A DNA stretch of 64,000 nucleotides from a virus (taxonomy: Duplodnaviria; Caudoviricetes). The notes under the pieces are model-generated. The model was not told the DNA's origin. It saw only the letters and a list, made by a program, of their open reading frames with translations, and made no database searches. The translations under genes and the position numbers were made by a program. Every line of letters begins with the position of its first letter. Within the stretch, counting starts at the first letter, position 1. Location: positions 10,261-74,260 of IMG/VR virus record IMGVR_UViG_3300044259_000056; one strand, written 5' to 3'. This document shows positions 9,610 to 19,698 of this stretch, piece by piece.

Positions 9610-10077
9610 ATGCTTTCTGTCTCTATGAAAAGTGAAGTGGACTTATCTTTCTATGACAGGTTGATGGAGAGGTCATATAGACTAGAATCAATTGAGGTTG
9701 AATCAGGTTATCTTGACACAAAAATTCATAAAACTTCAGGTTTACCAATAGGGACACTCGCAGCAATACATAACAATGGTAGCATAAAAGCAAATATACC
9801 TTCCAGACCGTTCATGATATTAGCGGCATACTATTGGGCAAGAGAGGCTAATGTTTTCTCAAAAGCCTTTGTAGACTTCTGTTTAAAAAGAAAGTCCATT
9901 AATGAGTCTTTTAATCCTGTAGGGCGAAAAGGGATGAGGTCTGTTCAAACAGCCATCATGAGTCAACAATTTGTTCCATTAGCAACTTCAACAATTGAAA
10001 AGAAAGGCTCATCAACAATCTTGTTTGACACAGGAGAGTTAATAAACTCAGTTAAATGGCGTGTGGGTATGAAGTAA
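9610..10077 (+). CDS. Neck / tail-completion protein
   Basis: IAAIHNNG..IPSRPFM, PLATSTIEKKG..LFDTGELINSV motifs typical of myophage neck proteins. Confidence 0.7.
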   Translation: MLSVSMKSEVDLSFYDRLMERSYRLESIEVESGYLDTKIHKTSGLPIGTLAAIHNNGSIKANIPSRPFMILAAYYWAREANVFSKAFVDFCLKRKSINESFNPVGRKGMRSVQTAIMSQQFVPLATSTIEKKGSSTILFDTGELINSVKWRVGMK

Positions 10078-10083
10078 CAACAG

Positions 10084-10112
10084 TTGCTCTTAAAATAGAA
10101 TTATGTTATCAT
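10084..10112 (+). promoter_or_regulatory. Sigma70-like promoter (extended -10)
   Basis: TTGCTC-17 nt-TATCAT with TG at -15/-14. Confidence 0.55.
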
Positions 10113-10150
10113 ATATTTAGGGAGGTAATATATTACTTTCAGATTTTTCT

Positions 10151-10549
10151 TTGATAAATCTCAAAGAATATGAAGCACGTCATAGAGAGTTTATAAAAAA
10201 TTCTGGAGATATCTTTGAAAATGGATATTCATCTTATGTAGTTTATGAAGCTTTCACAATTCAAGCGTGTTCTCTCCAACCAGAAACAGGTTATACATTA
10301 AACACTATACCGGAAGGGTATAGGACAAAAGGTGTCTACTCTTTCTGGACAACAACACCAGTCAGGACGTTAGAACAAGGAACTGACCAGCTCTCAGATC
10401 AAATAAAAATAAATGGACAATGGTTCTCTATCCTAAGATCACAACCTTGGGTAGAATCTGATTTTTTACCTCACTATGATTGTATAGCAGTAAGAGAAGA
10501 CCAAAATAATTCCCCCACTCAATCACCAGAAGGTGGCAACTTTGGCTAA
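10151..10549 (+). CDS. Head-closure protein
   Basis: SLQP..LNTIPEGYR..YSFWT..DQIKING.WF..W..HY motifs; synteny. Confidence 0.65.
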   Translation: MINLKEYEARHREFIKNSGDIFENGYSSYVVYEAFTIQACSLQPETGYTLNTIPEGYRTKGVYSFWTTTPVRTLEQGTDQLSDQIKINGQWFSILRSQPWVESDFLPHYDCIAVREDQNNSPTQSPEGGNFG

Positions 10550-11123
10550 TCCTACATTTCAAAATATGTTAGCTGCTGAACAATTCTTCATGACTACGAT
10601 AGGGTCTTTTTTAAAAGAATTAACAGGATTAAAAGTCTTTATTACAAATAAACCTTGGCCTTCAGGATCTGAACCTATGATTGGTATCAGAATACTTAGT
10701 TATGATAAATCAGGTTGGGGGAGTAAGTACGGTTATGACGAGACAAATAATCAGCAAATAGTTGAGATGACTTCAATTCCAACAGTTGAATTTCTCGCGG
10801 TAAGAGGGAATCCAGTATCTACTCTTAATTATGTCAATAATGCATTAATGTCTTTTAATGACTATTGTTATAATAAACTAACTTTAAATGGTATTGGATT
10901 TCTTTCAGCAACCTCTGTCTCTGAGGCTGATACAGTATTTGACCAAGCACAGACTGAGTTTAGAGCTAGGATGTTAGGTGACTTTACTTTACGACTTAGA
11001 ATTTTTGACCAAGCTGTGAATCTTAAAGTTGAAAAAGTGAGTTTAACACAAAATTTCATAGAGGAAGGTGCGAACACTCCCTCAATATCTTATCAATCGG
11101 TTTTTGAAAACCTTGTAGAATAG
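10533..11123 (+). CDS. Tail terminator / neck-terminator protein
   Basis: Directly upstream of the sheath gene; size and synteny. Confidence 0.6.
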   Translation: MATLANPTFQNMLAAEQFFMTTIGSFLKELTGLKVFITNKPWPSGSEPMIGIRILSYDKSGWGSKYGYDETNNQQIVEMTSIPTVEFLAVRGNPVSTLNYVNNALMSFNDYCYNKLTLNGIGFLSATSVSEADTVFDQAQTEFRARMLGDFTLRLRIFDQAVNLKVEKVSLTQNFIEEGANTPSISYQSVFENLVE

Positions 11124-11132
11124 GAGTATTAA

Positions 11133-12515
11133 ATGGCAACATTTCGTGATAAGGTAGTTGATGTCACGTTAGTATATGGGAGTGGTATTACAGAAGTCGC
11201 TCGTTTTGACATTCCATTGATTTTAGCTACCCACAATAGTTCAGCAAATCTTGTAGATACTTTTACTTCAGCAGATGCAATTTTACAAGCAGGTTATACA
11301 GAGTCTTCTCCTGTCTATAAGATGGCAACTCTTTTGTTTACAGGCCTAGCTGCACCAGAATATATTTTGGTCGGTAAAAGAACACTTACAGACTACTCAG
11401 TTACATTTACTGCTGTAAATAGTAGCATTTATACAGTAACACTAAAAGATGCATCAAGCTCTAAAACTTTCTCTTACACATCAGATTCAAGTGCTACTGT
11501 AGCAGAGATTGCAGCAGGATTGCAAGGACTTATTTCAGCAGACGGTGTTTGGAGTACTAAAATTACTGCAACAGTTGTTGGTTCTAATACATTAAATCTT
11601 GCACCTGTTAGTGGACAACATGTAGATGTTGCAGTAGGCAGTAATAGTGTCTTGTCTAGAAATACATCCCAGTCTGTTACTGATGCAATAACAGCTATTG
11701 CAACTGCCAATAATACTTTCTTTTGGGTGGTTAGTGATAGCCATACAAATGCTGATATTACTGCATTAGCGGCATATGCAGAAGCTCATGATAAAATTTA
11801 TACCTTCTCTACCCAAGATGTTAATGTCAGAGATAAAGTTTCAGGTAACATTCTTGAAACATTAAATGGATTGTCATATAGAAATACTTGGTGTTCCCTT
11901 TGGAAATCAGATGCAGATATTTCATACCCAGAGGCTTCTGCTGTAGGTCAGATTGCAGCATCCCAGCCGGGAACCACAACTATGCACGGCAAGTCTTTAG
12001 TAGGTATTACACCAGAAAAATTAACAGCAACACAAGAGAGTAATATTGTCTCCCTAAATGGTAATATTTATCGTAGAGAATATGGAATTAATTTCTATCG
12101 TGATGGTAGAACAGTTAGCGGACAGTTTGTAGATGCAATTCATCAGGCACTTTATACAAAAGCAAAAATGGAAGAGTCTATTTATAATCTCTTTAGAGAA
12201 CAAAGCCAACTCCTTTCAGGTGTCCGTAACACTCAAGCAGGCCGTGATCAACTTCGTCAAAGAATTACGGCTGATGTGATTCAACCTCAGATTTCAAATG
12301 GTTCTATTGTTAACGAGATTGATACCTCCTCTGATACTGGTTTGAAGAAAGACTTACGGCCTATGCTGACTATTCCATCTCGTGCTGATGCAACAACTGA
12401 GTCAGTTAATGAACGTCTTATTGATGGTATTGTTCTTGAGTATGTTTATGCAGGTTTCTTGCATTACGCGAAAGTTCGTATCAATGTTTTAACTGACCGT
12501 ACAGCTACAGCATAA
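11133..12515 (+). CDS. Tail sheath protein (DUF3383-like)
   Basis: 460 aa; FDIPLIL, GKSLVGI, DGRTVSGQFVD motifs; C-terminal YVYAGFLHYAKV. Confidence 0.88.
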   Translation: MATFRDKVVDVTLVYGSGITEVARFDIPLILATHNSSANLVDTFTSADAILQAGYTESSPVYKMATLLFTGLAAPEYILVGKRTLTDYSVTFTAVNSSIYTVTLKDASSSKTFSYTSDSSATVAEIAAGLQGLISADGVWSTKITATVVGSNTLNLAPVSGQHVDVAVGSNSVLSRNTSQSVTDAITAIATANNTFFWVVSDSHTNADITALAAYAEAHDKIYTFSTQDVNVRDKVSGNILETLNGLSYRNTWCSLWKSDADISYPEASAVGQIAASQPGTTTMHGKSLVGITPEKLTATQESNIVSLNGNIYRREYGINFYRDGRTVSGQFVDAIHQALYTKAKMEESIYNLFREQSQLLSGVRNTQAGRDQLRQRITADVIQPQISNGSIVNEIDTSSDTGLKKDLRPMLTIPSRADATTESVNERLIDGIVLEYVYAGFLHYAKVRINVLTDRTATA

Positions 12516-12529
12516 TAGGAGTATAAAGA

Positions 12530-13000
12530 ATGGAACAAATGTTAACAGGGTTTAGTGCATTTGACCCTAAAAATGTGCGAGTCTTACTTGGAGGTTATGA
12601 GCCTTCTGGTTATGCAACAGACAGTATGATTAACATTACTCTAGCAAATGACATTGTTCTCCCCTATGGTGGTTTAGATGGTGATGTCTCACTTGCTGTT
12701 AACCGTAACCATTTAGGAACAATGACAATTCATTTACAGAATACAAGCCCAAGTAATAAAGTTTTAAGTACTTTCATTGCACAGAGTTATAGTACTGGTA
12801 TTGTAGCTTTCCCAGTATTGTTCTCAGAACCAAGTTCAGGCAGTGAATTTATGACTATTGGTTGGGTGCAACAGCAACCTGAACATGCCATTACTAATCA
12901 GATTGGTACAATGCCTTGGGTTATTGGCCTGAAAGATGCAAGAGTTAGCTTTGGTACTACTGCTGCATCACTAAATGCCATTCAAGGTTTAGCACTTTAA
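12530..13000 (+). CDS. Tail tube protein (DUF3277-like)
   Basis: FDPKNVRVLLGG, GLDGDVSLAVN, LQNTSPSN motifs; follows the sheath gene. Confidence 0.82.
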   Translation: MEQMLTGFSAFDPKNVRVLLGGYEPSGYATDSMINITLANDIVLPYGGLDGDVSLAVNRNHLGTMTIHLQNTSPSNKVLSTFIAQSYSTGIVAFPVLFSEPSSGSEFMTIGWVQQQPEHAITNQIGTMPWVIGLKDARVSFGTTAASLNAIQGLAL

Positions 13001-13016
13001 ATATCGCTGTGTGCGA

Positions 13017-13039
13017 GGGCAAGGATGCCCAATCTTTTT
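13017..13039 (+). terminator. Hairpin / probable terminator after the tube gene
   Basis: GGGC-AAGGAT-GCCC followed by AATCTTTTT. Confidence 0.55.
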
Positions 13040-13094
13040 AAAAGGAACTAACACACAAGACTTTAATCTCTCATAAACTATAAGGATAGCACAC

Positions 13095-13601
13095 ATGAGC
13101 GAACAGAATCAAAATATTATTTCCAATATTGCACAAAAAATTGCCCCTGAGACTCGTTATAAAACTAAATATAAAGATATTCAAGGTATTGAGAAAGAGG
13201 CTGAGTTTCAGATCATGCATTTGCCGCCTTCTGTCATCTATAAGAAACTTCCAAAGATTGGTCGTTTGATTGGTGTTCCAGCAGGCATGATTATGGCAGC
13301 AGCTAATGAAGGTTTTGCAGAAGCATTACCAGCAGCGATGTTGCAATTATTTAACACCTTTGATGAAGAAAATTTAGAACTGTTTATTAAAGAACTTTTA
13401 GATAGTGTTTATCTTCAGGGGACAAAAGTTACGGCAGACTTTGATGGGATTTTTATGAATGCCCCACACTTACCACTCCAACTTGCTGTAAAAGTCCTAG
13501 AGGTGGCTTATACCCCTTTTTTCAGCCTAGATTTCAAAGAAATGCTACCGACATTGGCGAAAATAAGTCAGGTTCAACAAATGAATTCAGCCCAGCTATA
13601 A
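13095..13601 (+). CDS. Tail assembly chaperone (gpG-like)
   Basis: Located between tube and tape measure genes; contains a slippery site. Confidence 0.8.
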   Translation: MSEQNQNIISNIAQKIAPETRYKTKYKDIQGIEKEAEFQIMHLPPSVIYKKLPKIGRLIGVPAGMIMAAANEGFAEALPAAMLQLFNTFDEENLELFIKELLDSVYLQGTKVTADFDGIFMNAPHLPLQLAVKVLEVAYTPFFSLDFKEMLPTLAKISQVQQMNSAQL

Positions 13602-13858
13602 AATTAGCAATTGAGAAAAGTTGTTCTAGTTCTAGCCTTGATTGGTTTGAATACATGTTATATAGGATTGTCTCAAAAACCTCAGAAACAAGGATATCTC
13701 TTGATCAATATGACTTAAGATATATGTTTTCACTTTATGAGGCAATTGACCTTGAAGACTACATAGAACTTCTTAGAATGAAAGATGCAGAGGCTAAAGC
13801 CCTTGCAGAAAGACAACAAAAAAGTAAAGGGAATGGTATGGGATTTCCTTTAAGGTAA
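13095..13858 (+). CDS. Tail assembly chaperone -1 frameshift product (gpGT-like)
   Basis: CCCTTTTTTC at 13514-13523; the -1 frame is open for 44 codons from 13523 and continues in frame into ORF 13655-13858. Confidence 0.8.
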
Positions 13859-13865
13859 ATAATAA

Positions 13866-13897
13866 GCCCTGCCATTGCGCAGGGCATTTTTGTTTTT
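13866..13897 (+). terminator. Rho-independent terminator
   Basis: GCCCTGC-CATTGC-GCAGGGC followed by ATTTTTGTTTTT. Confidence 0.8.
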
Positions 13898-13933
13898 ATG
13901 GTTAGGTATCAACAAATCTCTACGGAGGGTGTA

Positions 13934-16900
13934 TTGGCAATTAATTTTGATGCTGCCATTATTAAAAATAAAGTGGTATATACAACAGACCTCTCATCAC
14001 TTAAAAAAGTAATGGCGGATATTAGGAAGGTTCAACAGTCAGCATCTAAATCTGTTTTAGCTTCCTCAACAATAAAACAATCAAGACAACAAGCTGAACA
14101 GACAAAACGTTGGGCATCAGAAACAATGGATGCACATGTTAAAGCTATGAACGAAGTAAGAAAATCAAAGGCATCTCAATTTCAGAAGTCATCTCAAGAT
14201 TATTTCAATGACTTATTTGGCATAGGTAAGAAAACAAAATCTGCCAGAGAGTCTGGTTATGCTTTTTTAGAACAGTTTCAGGCACAAGATGCCGCAGCAA
14301 ATGAAATAAGGAAAAGGCAAAAAGAATCTTTGAGAAGACAGACAGCAGACCAGAAGAAAATAGATGAAGCTAATATTAAAGCAACAGAAGATAGACTAAG
14401 AAGAAAAGATGTAGCGAGTTCTAAGCAATCTTTTTTTGGTTTTGAATTAGGAAAAACAAGACTCGGTGTTGATGATATGCGAGCCTATACAACACAAATG
14501 AGAAACTTATCTCAGGAGTATGTATCAGGGAGTATGTCTGTCAGACAATATAATGAATCAACACGACAATTACTTTCTACTGCAAGACAACAGAGTAAAG
14601 AGTCATTAACACTTAAAGAAAGGTTAATGAGTATTCGTGGAGAAATGGTTCTCTTTGGTGTAACTGCTGGATTTGTTATTAAAGATGTTGTAGATACAGG
14701 AAAACAATTTCAACAATTAAATTTATCTTTTGATACAGCATTTGGTAAAGATAAAGGCGAGGCAATGGATTTTGTTCGCTCAGAGGCTGATAGATTAGGT
14801 ATGAGTGTCCTTGGTGTTAGTAAGAACTATGCTCGGTTAGCTTATGGTGCTAAGTTAATGGGCATGTCACAATCAGATGTTCAGATGGGATTCTCTGGGA
14901 TATCTGAAGCAGCAACTGCTTGGGGTCTATCAAATGAGCAAGTTCAAGGGACATTTAAAGCATTTACAGATATGATCTCAAAAGGCACAGTCCAGTTAGA
15001 GGAGCTTAATGTTAGGTTCCTGAAACTTCTTTAATTGTCGGGGAAATCTTGAAAGGTATTGACTACTCTCTCTACATAGTGATATAGTAGAAAAACTCTT
15101 GGTAATGCAAGAGCTATAGTAAAAACGTCAATAATAGAGATAATCCGCAGGTAAGGTTCTTTATTTCATAAAGAACAAACTTCAACGACTATCGAAAGCA
15201 TAGGTTAAATGAGAGATAAATAGATTATCTTTTATTATAACTAAAGAAGCAAGTAGAGTACAGCCAAGTGGTAGGTTGCCATAGTGGAATGGCTATGGTT
15301 ATAAAACCCTTTAAATGGAAACAGGAAGCATCTCTTTGAGATGAAGATATAGTCTGATCCTCATATGAGAATATGAGCAGACACAAGGAAGTGTCTGTTT
15401 GTGTTTAACGAACACAAAAAACATCGGTGAAAACAACAACTCGGTTATACTATTAGCTGAGTATAAACTTCCTTAACTGCTGGAAACCCCTAAAGCTTGA
15501 TTGTTTATTTTCTATATGTTATATTAAGAATGAAATAAAACAATCGAGATGCAACAATGGGCAATCAGCAACTAAGCATCTCTCCAGAAAAGAAAGTAAG
15601 GAGAAAATATGGAATATGAAAATCTAAGCAAAAACTATAAAGTGACATCTTGTGGTTTAGTCTTTTCTTTAAGAAGAAATAAATATCTGAAGCAGTCAAT
15701 ATTTGGTGGGTATAATATAGTAAATATTGGCAAGAAGAACTATTTTGTTCATAGACTAGTTGCTATAACTTATATACCAAATCCAAGTAATCTTCCTTGT
15801 GTTAATCATAAAGATGGAAATAAGCTAAATAACCATGTAGATAACCTTGAGTGGTGCACAAGTGGATACAATCAATGTCATGCATATTTAACTGGACTAA
15901 AAAGGTTACCAAAAGGTGAAATGAATGGAAGAAGCGTTTTAACAGATTCTGAAGTTCTAAGTGTCTACGATGATCTTATGTCTGGGGCAAGAGTTAAAGA
16001 TATTTCAGAGATCTATGGTGTAGGAAAAAGCACTATAATGTCTATTAAGAAAAAAGAGTCATGGCAGCACTTATTAAAAGATAAACCAGATATAAAAATA
16101 AAGAAAAAGACACAAACCTTATCTGAAAATACTGTTATATGGATTTGTAAACAGTTGTCAGAAAATAAGACAGTTAAATGGATTTTTGATAACTGTCATA
16201 AGAATGTTACAATTAATCAAATACAAGATATAAAGAGAAGGCATTGTTTTTGTAAGATAAGTAAAGATTTCATATGGTGATGAAAGCTCAACGACTATCG
16301 AAAGCATAACTTAGGTCTTAGCCTGAGTGAGTAAGCAAGTAGAGTAGCGCCAAGTGGTAGGTGATTAAAGTGGAATGACTTTAATTATAAAACCCTTTAA
16401 AGCAAAATGGGAAGAGGTGTATAACAGATTATGCACTTAAGATATAGTCTGATCTGCATGGAAACATGCAGCAGCTTGAATAAAGCGGGGAGGGATTAAC
16501 GAACCCTCCTGAACATTATGGATCGTATGCCGGATGCAATGGCTGTGTTTGCTAAAGCATTAGACCCAGAGTCTTATGCAAAAAATCCACAGAAAGCCAT
16601 TGAAAAAATGCAAGAGACTATTAAGAAAGGTAATCTCAAGTCTCTTGAAACATTACCTAAAGTATTTAAAGTATTCCATGAAATATATGGCCCACAAGCT
16701 GAAAAAGCTATGTATGGTGTCACTCAACAACAGAACAGATTCAATAATACATTAAATGATTTCAAAAATATAATCTTTCAGTCTGGTTTAGCAAATGCAA
16801 CAGTTAGGTTATTTGGTGCACTAAACAATTTCTTGAAAGGTTCTAAGCCCTTAGCTGCATTTTTAGGTGGTATTGCACAAGGTTTTGCAGATTTACTTTA

Positions 16901-17606
16901 CTATGTAGAACTTGGTGAAGCATATTTCCTAGATTTTGCTGTTGCAATGGGTGTTTTGAATTATGAGACAGGAAAATGGAATAAAGATGTCCTTAATGCA
17001 TTTGCTGAGGTTGGTGAAGCTGCTGGCATCCTTTTTGGTTTGAAATTAATTAAATGGTTAATGGGAACTGTTACAAGTTTTAATAAATTAGGTTCAACTG
17101 TTGGTAAGTTAGGGGCTAAGTTTGGTATAGCAAGTGGTTTTGCTGTGTCACTTTTAGGGGCTATTGAAGGTATTGCTAAATTTGCAGGAAAAACTTTGCT
17201 TATTGGAATTGCATTAGATTTCTTTTCTAAAATTGGTGATCTTGAAAAAGAGGCTCAAGATAAGAATAAAAATCTTGGTGAGCTACTTTATGAGAAATCA
17301 CAACAAAAAGAGAAAGAACGTATTGCAAGAGGTGGCGCGGATGTAAGTAATTGGTGGGAAAATGTAAAAAGCTTTTTTACCCCGAATAGTGGTACTCTAA
17401 CATCTCCATCCCCTTGGGAGAACACTATGTCCTCTAATTTTAATCCCTTCCTAATGGGCATGGCAGGTGTCTCTGCACCAAAAGAAGCTTATCAACCTCC
17501 TGTTGAAATTAATCTTAACTTTAAAGGGGAAGGTCTTAAAGACTTCTGGGATGTTCAGATGAGTAATCAAGCCTCGAGTCTATATGACTTCCAGTTAAAT
17601 AAATAG
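13934..17606 (+). CDS. Tape measure protein, three exons: 13934-15006, 15430-15445, 16521-17606 (~724 aa)
   Basis: Spliced product reads KGTVQLEEL-KQQLG-DRMPDAM, the conserved tape-measure motif; TTG start after GGAGG (track start 13898 is in the same frame). Confidence 0.92.
15007..15429 (+). mobile_element. Group I intron 1 of the tape-measure gene, ORF-less, 423 nt
   Basis: P1: exon GAGCU with IGS GGUUC (U-G at the site); core AAUUGUCGGGGAA...GAUAAUCCGCAG; P7 AACGACUAUC / AAGAUAUAGUC; P9.0 CUGAU/AUCGG then UG end. Confidence 0.92.
15430..15445 (+). other. 16-nt micro-exon of the tape-measure gene (A AAA CAA CAA CTC GGT)
   Basis: Completes the Leu codon CT|A and encodes KQQLG; its last 7 nt pair with the intron 2 IGS. 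Confidence 0.9.
15446..16520 (+). mobile_element. Group I intron 2 of the tape-measure gene, carrying an HNH ORF
   Basis: P1: ACUCGGU with GCUGAGU; IA2-like core; P7 strands at ~16290 and ~16440; ends AUUAUG before GAT CGT ATG. Confidence 0.93.
15609..16280 (+). CDS. Intron-encoded HNH homing endonuclease with two C-terminal HTH-like modules
   Basis: FVHRLVAITYIPNP..VNHKDGNKLNNHVDNLEW; SD AAGGAG. Confidence 0.92.
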   Translation: MEYENLSKNYKVTSCGLVFSLRRNKYLKQSIFGGYNIVNIGKKNYFVHRLVAITYIPNPSNLPCVNHKDGNKLNNHVDNLEWCTSGYNQCHAYLTGLKRLPKGEMNGRSVLTDSEVLSVYDDLMSGARVKDISEIYGVGKSTIMSIKKKESWQHLLKDKPDIKIKKKTQTLSENTVIWICKQLSENKTVKWIFDNCHKNVTINQIQDIKRRHCFCKISKDFIW

Positions 17607-17651
17607 TGTTTAAAAGTTTGACAAGGATGTCAAATTATTTATGAGGATTAA

Positions 17652-18341
17652 ATGGCAAAACAATATGTATTAATAGGCTCTAAAGTTAACGGAGTAAGGT
17701 TTGCTTACAACTCTAAACAAAATAAAAAATCAGGTGGTTCTAATCCACAAAGCAACTCTACATTATACAATGTTGTTGCGTTTGACTCTATTGGAGAAAT
17801 CTCTTTTGATTTAGACGCCTCTGTTACTAAATATCCAATAGAAACTGGTGCAGAAATATCAGATCATGTCACAACACACAATCAAAATTTTAGTTTAACT
17901 GGTTATGTCTCCAATTTCCCAAATGAAAAGTATGGTACCTCAAATGCAATAGCTTATACAAACTTGGGGACACCTTATGACACAGAGAATTTAGATACAA
18001 GAACAAAAGCAGCATATAAACTCCTTAAGAAAATATGGGAAGAAAGACAACCTATTAAACTTGTCAGTGAATTTGAGGTTCATGAGAACATTATTTTAAA
18101 AAATATCTCATTTAGTATGGAAGCATCAACGGCTGATAATATAGCCTTTAAACTGTCATTTGAAAAGGTCAGATTTTCTAGTGTTGGGGCTACCACCATG
18201 AATGTAAAATCAGGCGCTAAGAAAAAAACTGATGGTAACAAGAATACAACTAACAATGGAAAGTCTCAGAAGACAGGAACATTTGTAGGTGATGCCAAGA
18301 AAGCAAGAGCAAATGAGATTAAAATTACAGAAGACATGTAG
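17652..18341 (+). CDS. Baseplate / tail-tube initiator protein (Dit-like)
   Basis: SVTKYPIETGAEISDHV motif; follows the tape-measure gene. Confidence 0.7.
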   Translation: MAKQYVLIGSKVNGVRFAYNSKQNKKSGGSNPQSNSTLYNVVAFDSIGEISFDLDASVTKYPIETGAEISDHVTTHNQNFSLTGYVSNFPNEKYGTSNAIAYTNLGTPYDTENLDTRTKAAYKLLKKIWEERQPIKLVSEFEVHENIILKNISFSMEASTADNIAFKLSFEKVRFSSVGATTMNVKSGAKKKTDGNKNTTNNGKSQKTGTFVGDAKKARANEIKITEDM

Positions 18342-18349
18342 AGGATATT

Positions 18350-18685
18350 ATGGCTTTATGGTCACTTAATTGTGGTGGGGATGTTGATATATCTTATATA
18401 GAGACGTTAGAGGGAGAAGTATATTCATTTAGATTTCGTTGGAATGAAACAGATGAATCTTGGTCTTGTTATGTTGGATTACAAGGTGAAGATCCTGCAA
18501 TAAGATTTAAAATGACAAATGGATTTGATTTATTAAAACCGTATAAATATCTTGATGGAGTACCAAAGGGGTTTTTATTGTTTTTTGATACTGTGAAGGT
18601 TAATGGTAGACCTGATTTTGAAAATACAGGAAATGATAAGAGGTATCAGGTTTATTATGTAGATTCTACAGGTATTGATTCTTAA
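18350..18685 (+). CDS. Baseplate plug-like protein
   Basis: YSFRFRWNE..W motif; 111 aa; synteny. Confidence 0.65.
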   Translation: MALWSLNCGGDVDISYIETLEGEVYSFRFRWNETDESWSCYVGLQGEDPAIRFKMTNGFDLLKPYKYLDGVPKGFLLFFDTVKVNGRPDFENTGNDKRYQVYYVDSTGIDS

Positions 18686-18714
18686 TTGACTGTGTTTTAT
18701 CAACATGTTATAAT
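18686..18714 (+). promoter_or_regulatory. Sigma70-like promoter (extended -10)
   Basis: TTGACT-17 nt-TATAAT with TG. Confidence 0.8.
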
Positions 18715-18741
18715 AAAGAAAGACGGTAAATAGGGGATATT

Positions 18742-19698
18742 ATGGCAAGATGGTTACATGCTTACAGTTTGAAATTTGGAACAGGGGTGCCACTATCTAA
18801 GCTAATGGGAGAGAATGGTTCATTTATAAACCCCATAGATATTTCTTATAATATACAAAAATCAAATGCCAAACCAAATGCTTATGAATTAACTGAACAT
18901 CACATAACGTTCAACATAAAAAAAGATAATAATAAAGAACCTAATGAAAGTGAGATAGTAATATATAATGCATCAGATAACTTAGTTAATTATATTTCAA
19001 ATAATATAAAAAACAATTTAGCTATCACTTTAGATGCAGGATATATAGGGGAAGTAAAGAGATTATTTTCAGGTACGGTTGCAAAGATATCTGATAAAAA
19101 GCAAGGTGAAGATAGGATGACGACGTTGATGTGCAAGGATGGTGCTGTCAATGTAAAGGAGTCTATTACAAGCCGGTCCTATCCAAAAGGGACACCAATA
19201 AAAAACATCTTTAAAGACCTCTCTTCTGATTTAGGGACAACAGTAGGAAGGATAGCCATAGATGCACAACAGTCTGTTCTCCCCGGACCTATAGCTTTTG
19301 TAGGCTCTACTGCAAAAAATATCCATCGAATTGCTTCAAGTATAAATCATAATTTTTCTATTCAAGATGGTGCTTTATATATAACACCTGCTGATAAGAG
19401 ATTAAAGAACTTTGTTACAGCAATTACACCAGAAACTGGTTTAATAGGTTCTCCGGAGACTTTATCTATGCATGAAACAAAAAATAAAAAGAATAAAAAT
19501 CCCGGAGATGGTATTAAGTTCTCTTGCCAACTTGATGGTGCTATTACACCAGAAACCACTATTTATGTTAAGTCAAAAAATTATGATAATTATTTCAAGG
19601 TAACAAAAGTTACTCATAGTGGCTCTTATGAAGATGGTGAATGGAAAACAGATGTTGAATGTGTTTATGTTTCCCAAGTTGCAGAGGAAAATAAATAA
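18742..19698 (+). CDS. Baseplate hub protein
   Basis: ITLDAGY..LFSG, FSIQDG, TGLIGSP, HSGSY..W motifs. Confidence 0.78.
   Translation: MARWLHAYSLKFGTGVPLSKLMGENGSFINPIDISYNIQKSNAKPNAYELTEHHITFNIKKDNNKEPNESEIVIYNASDNLVNYISNNIKNNLAITLDAGYIGEVKRLFSGTVAKISDKKQGEDRMTTLMCKDGAVNVKESITSRSYPKGTPIKNIFKDLSSDLGTTVGRIAIDAQQSVLPGPIAFVGSTAKNIHRIASSINHNFSIQDGALYITPADKRLKNFVTAITPETGLIGSPETLSMHETKNKKNKNPGDGIKFSCQLDGAITPETTIYVKSKNYDNYFKVTKVTHSGSYEDGEWKTDVECVYVSQVAEENK

Noticed and set aside
15007-15010. Alternative 5' splice site after EELN (15010)
   Set aside because: It leaves no loop for P1 and breaks the frame with the 16-nt micro-exon; the site after 15006 satisfies both
17618-17646. TTGACA at 17618 as a promoter
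   Set aside because: No acceptable -10 at 16-18 nt; better explained as one arm of the CAAGGATG hairpin
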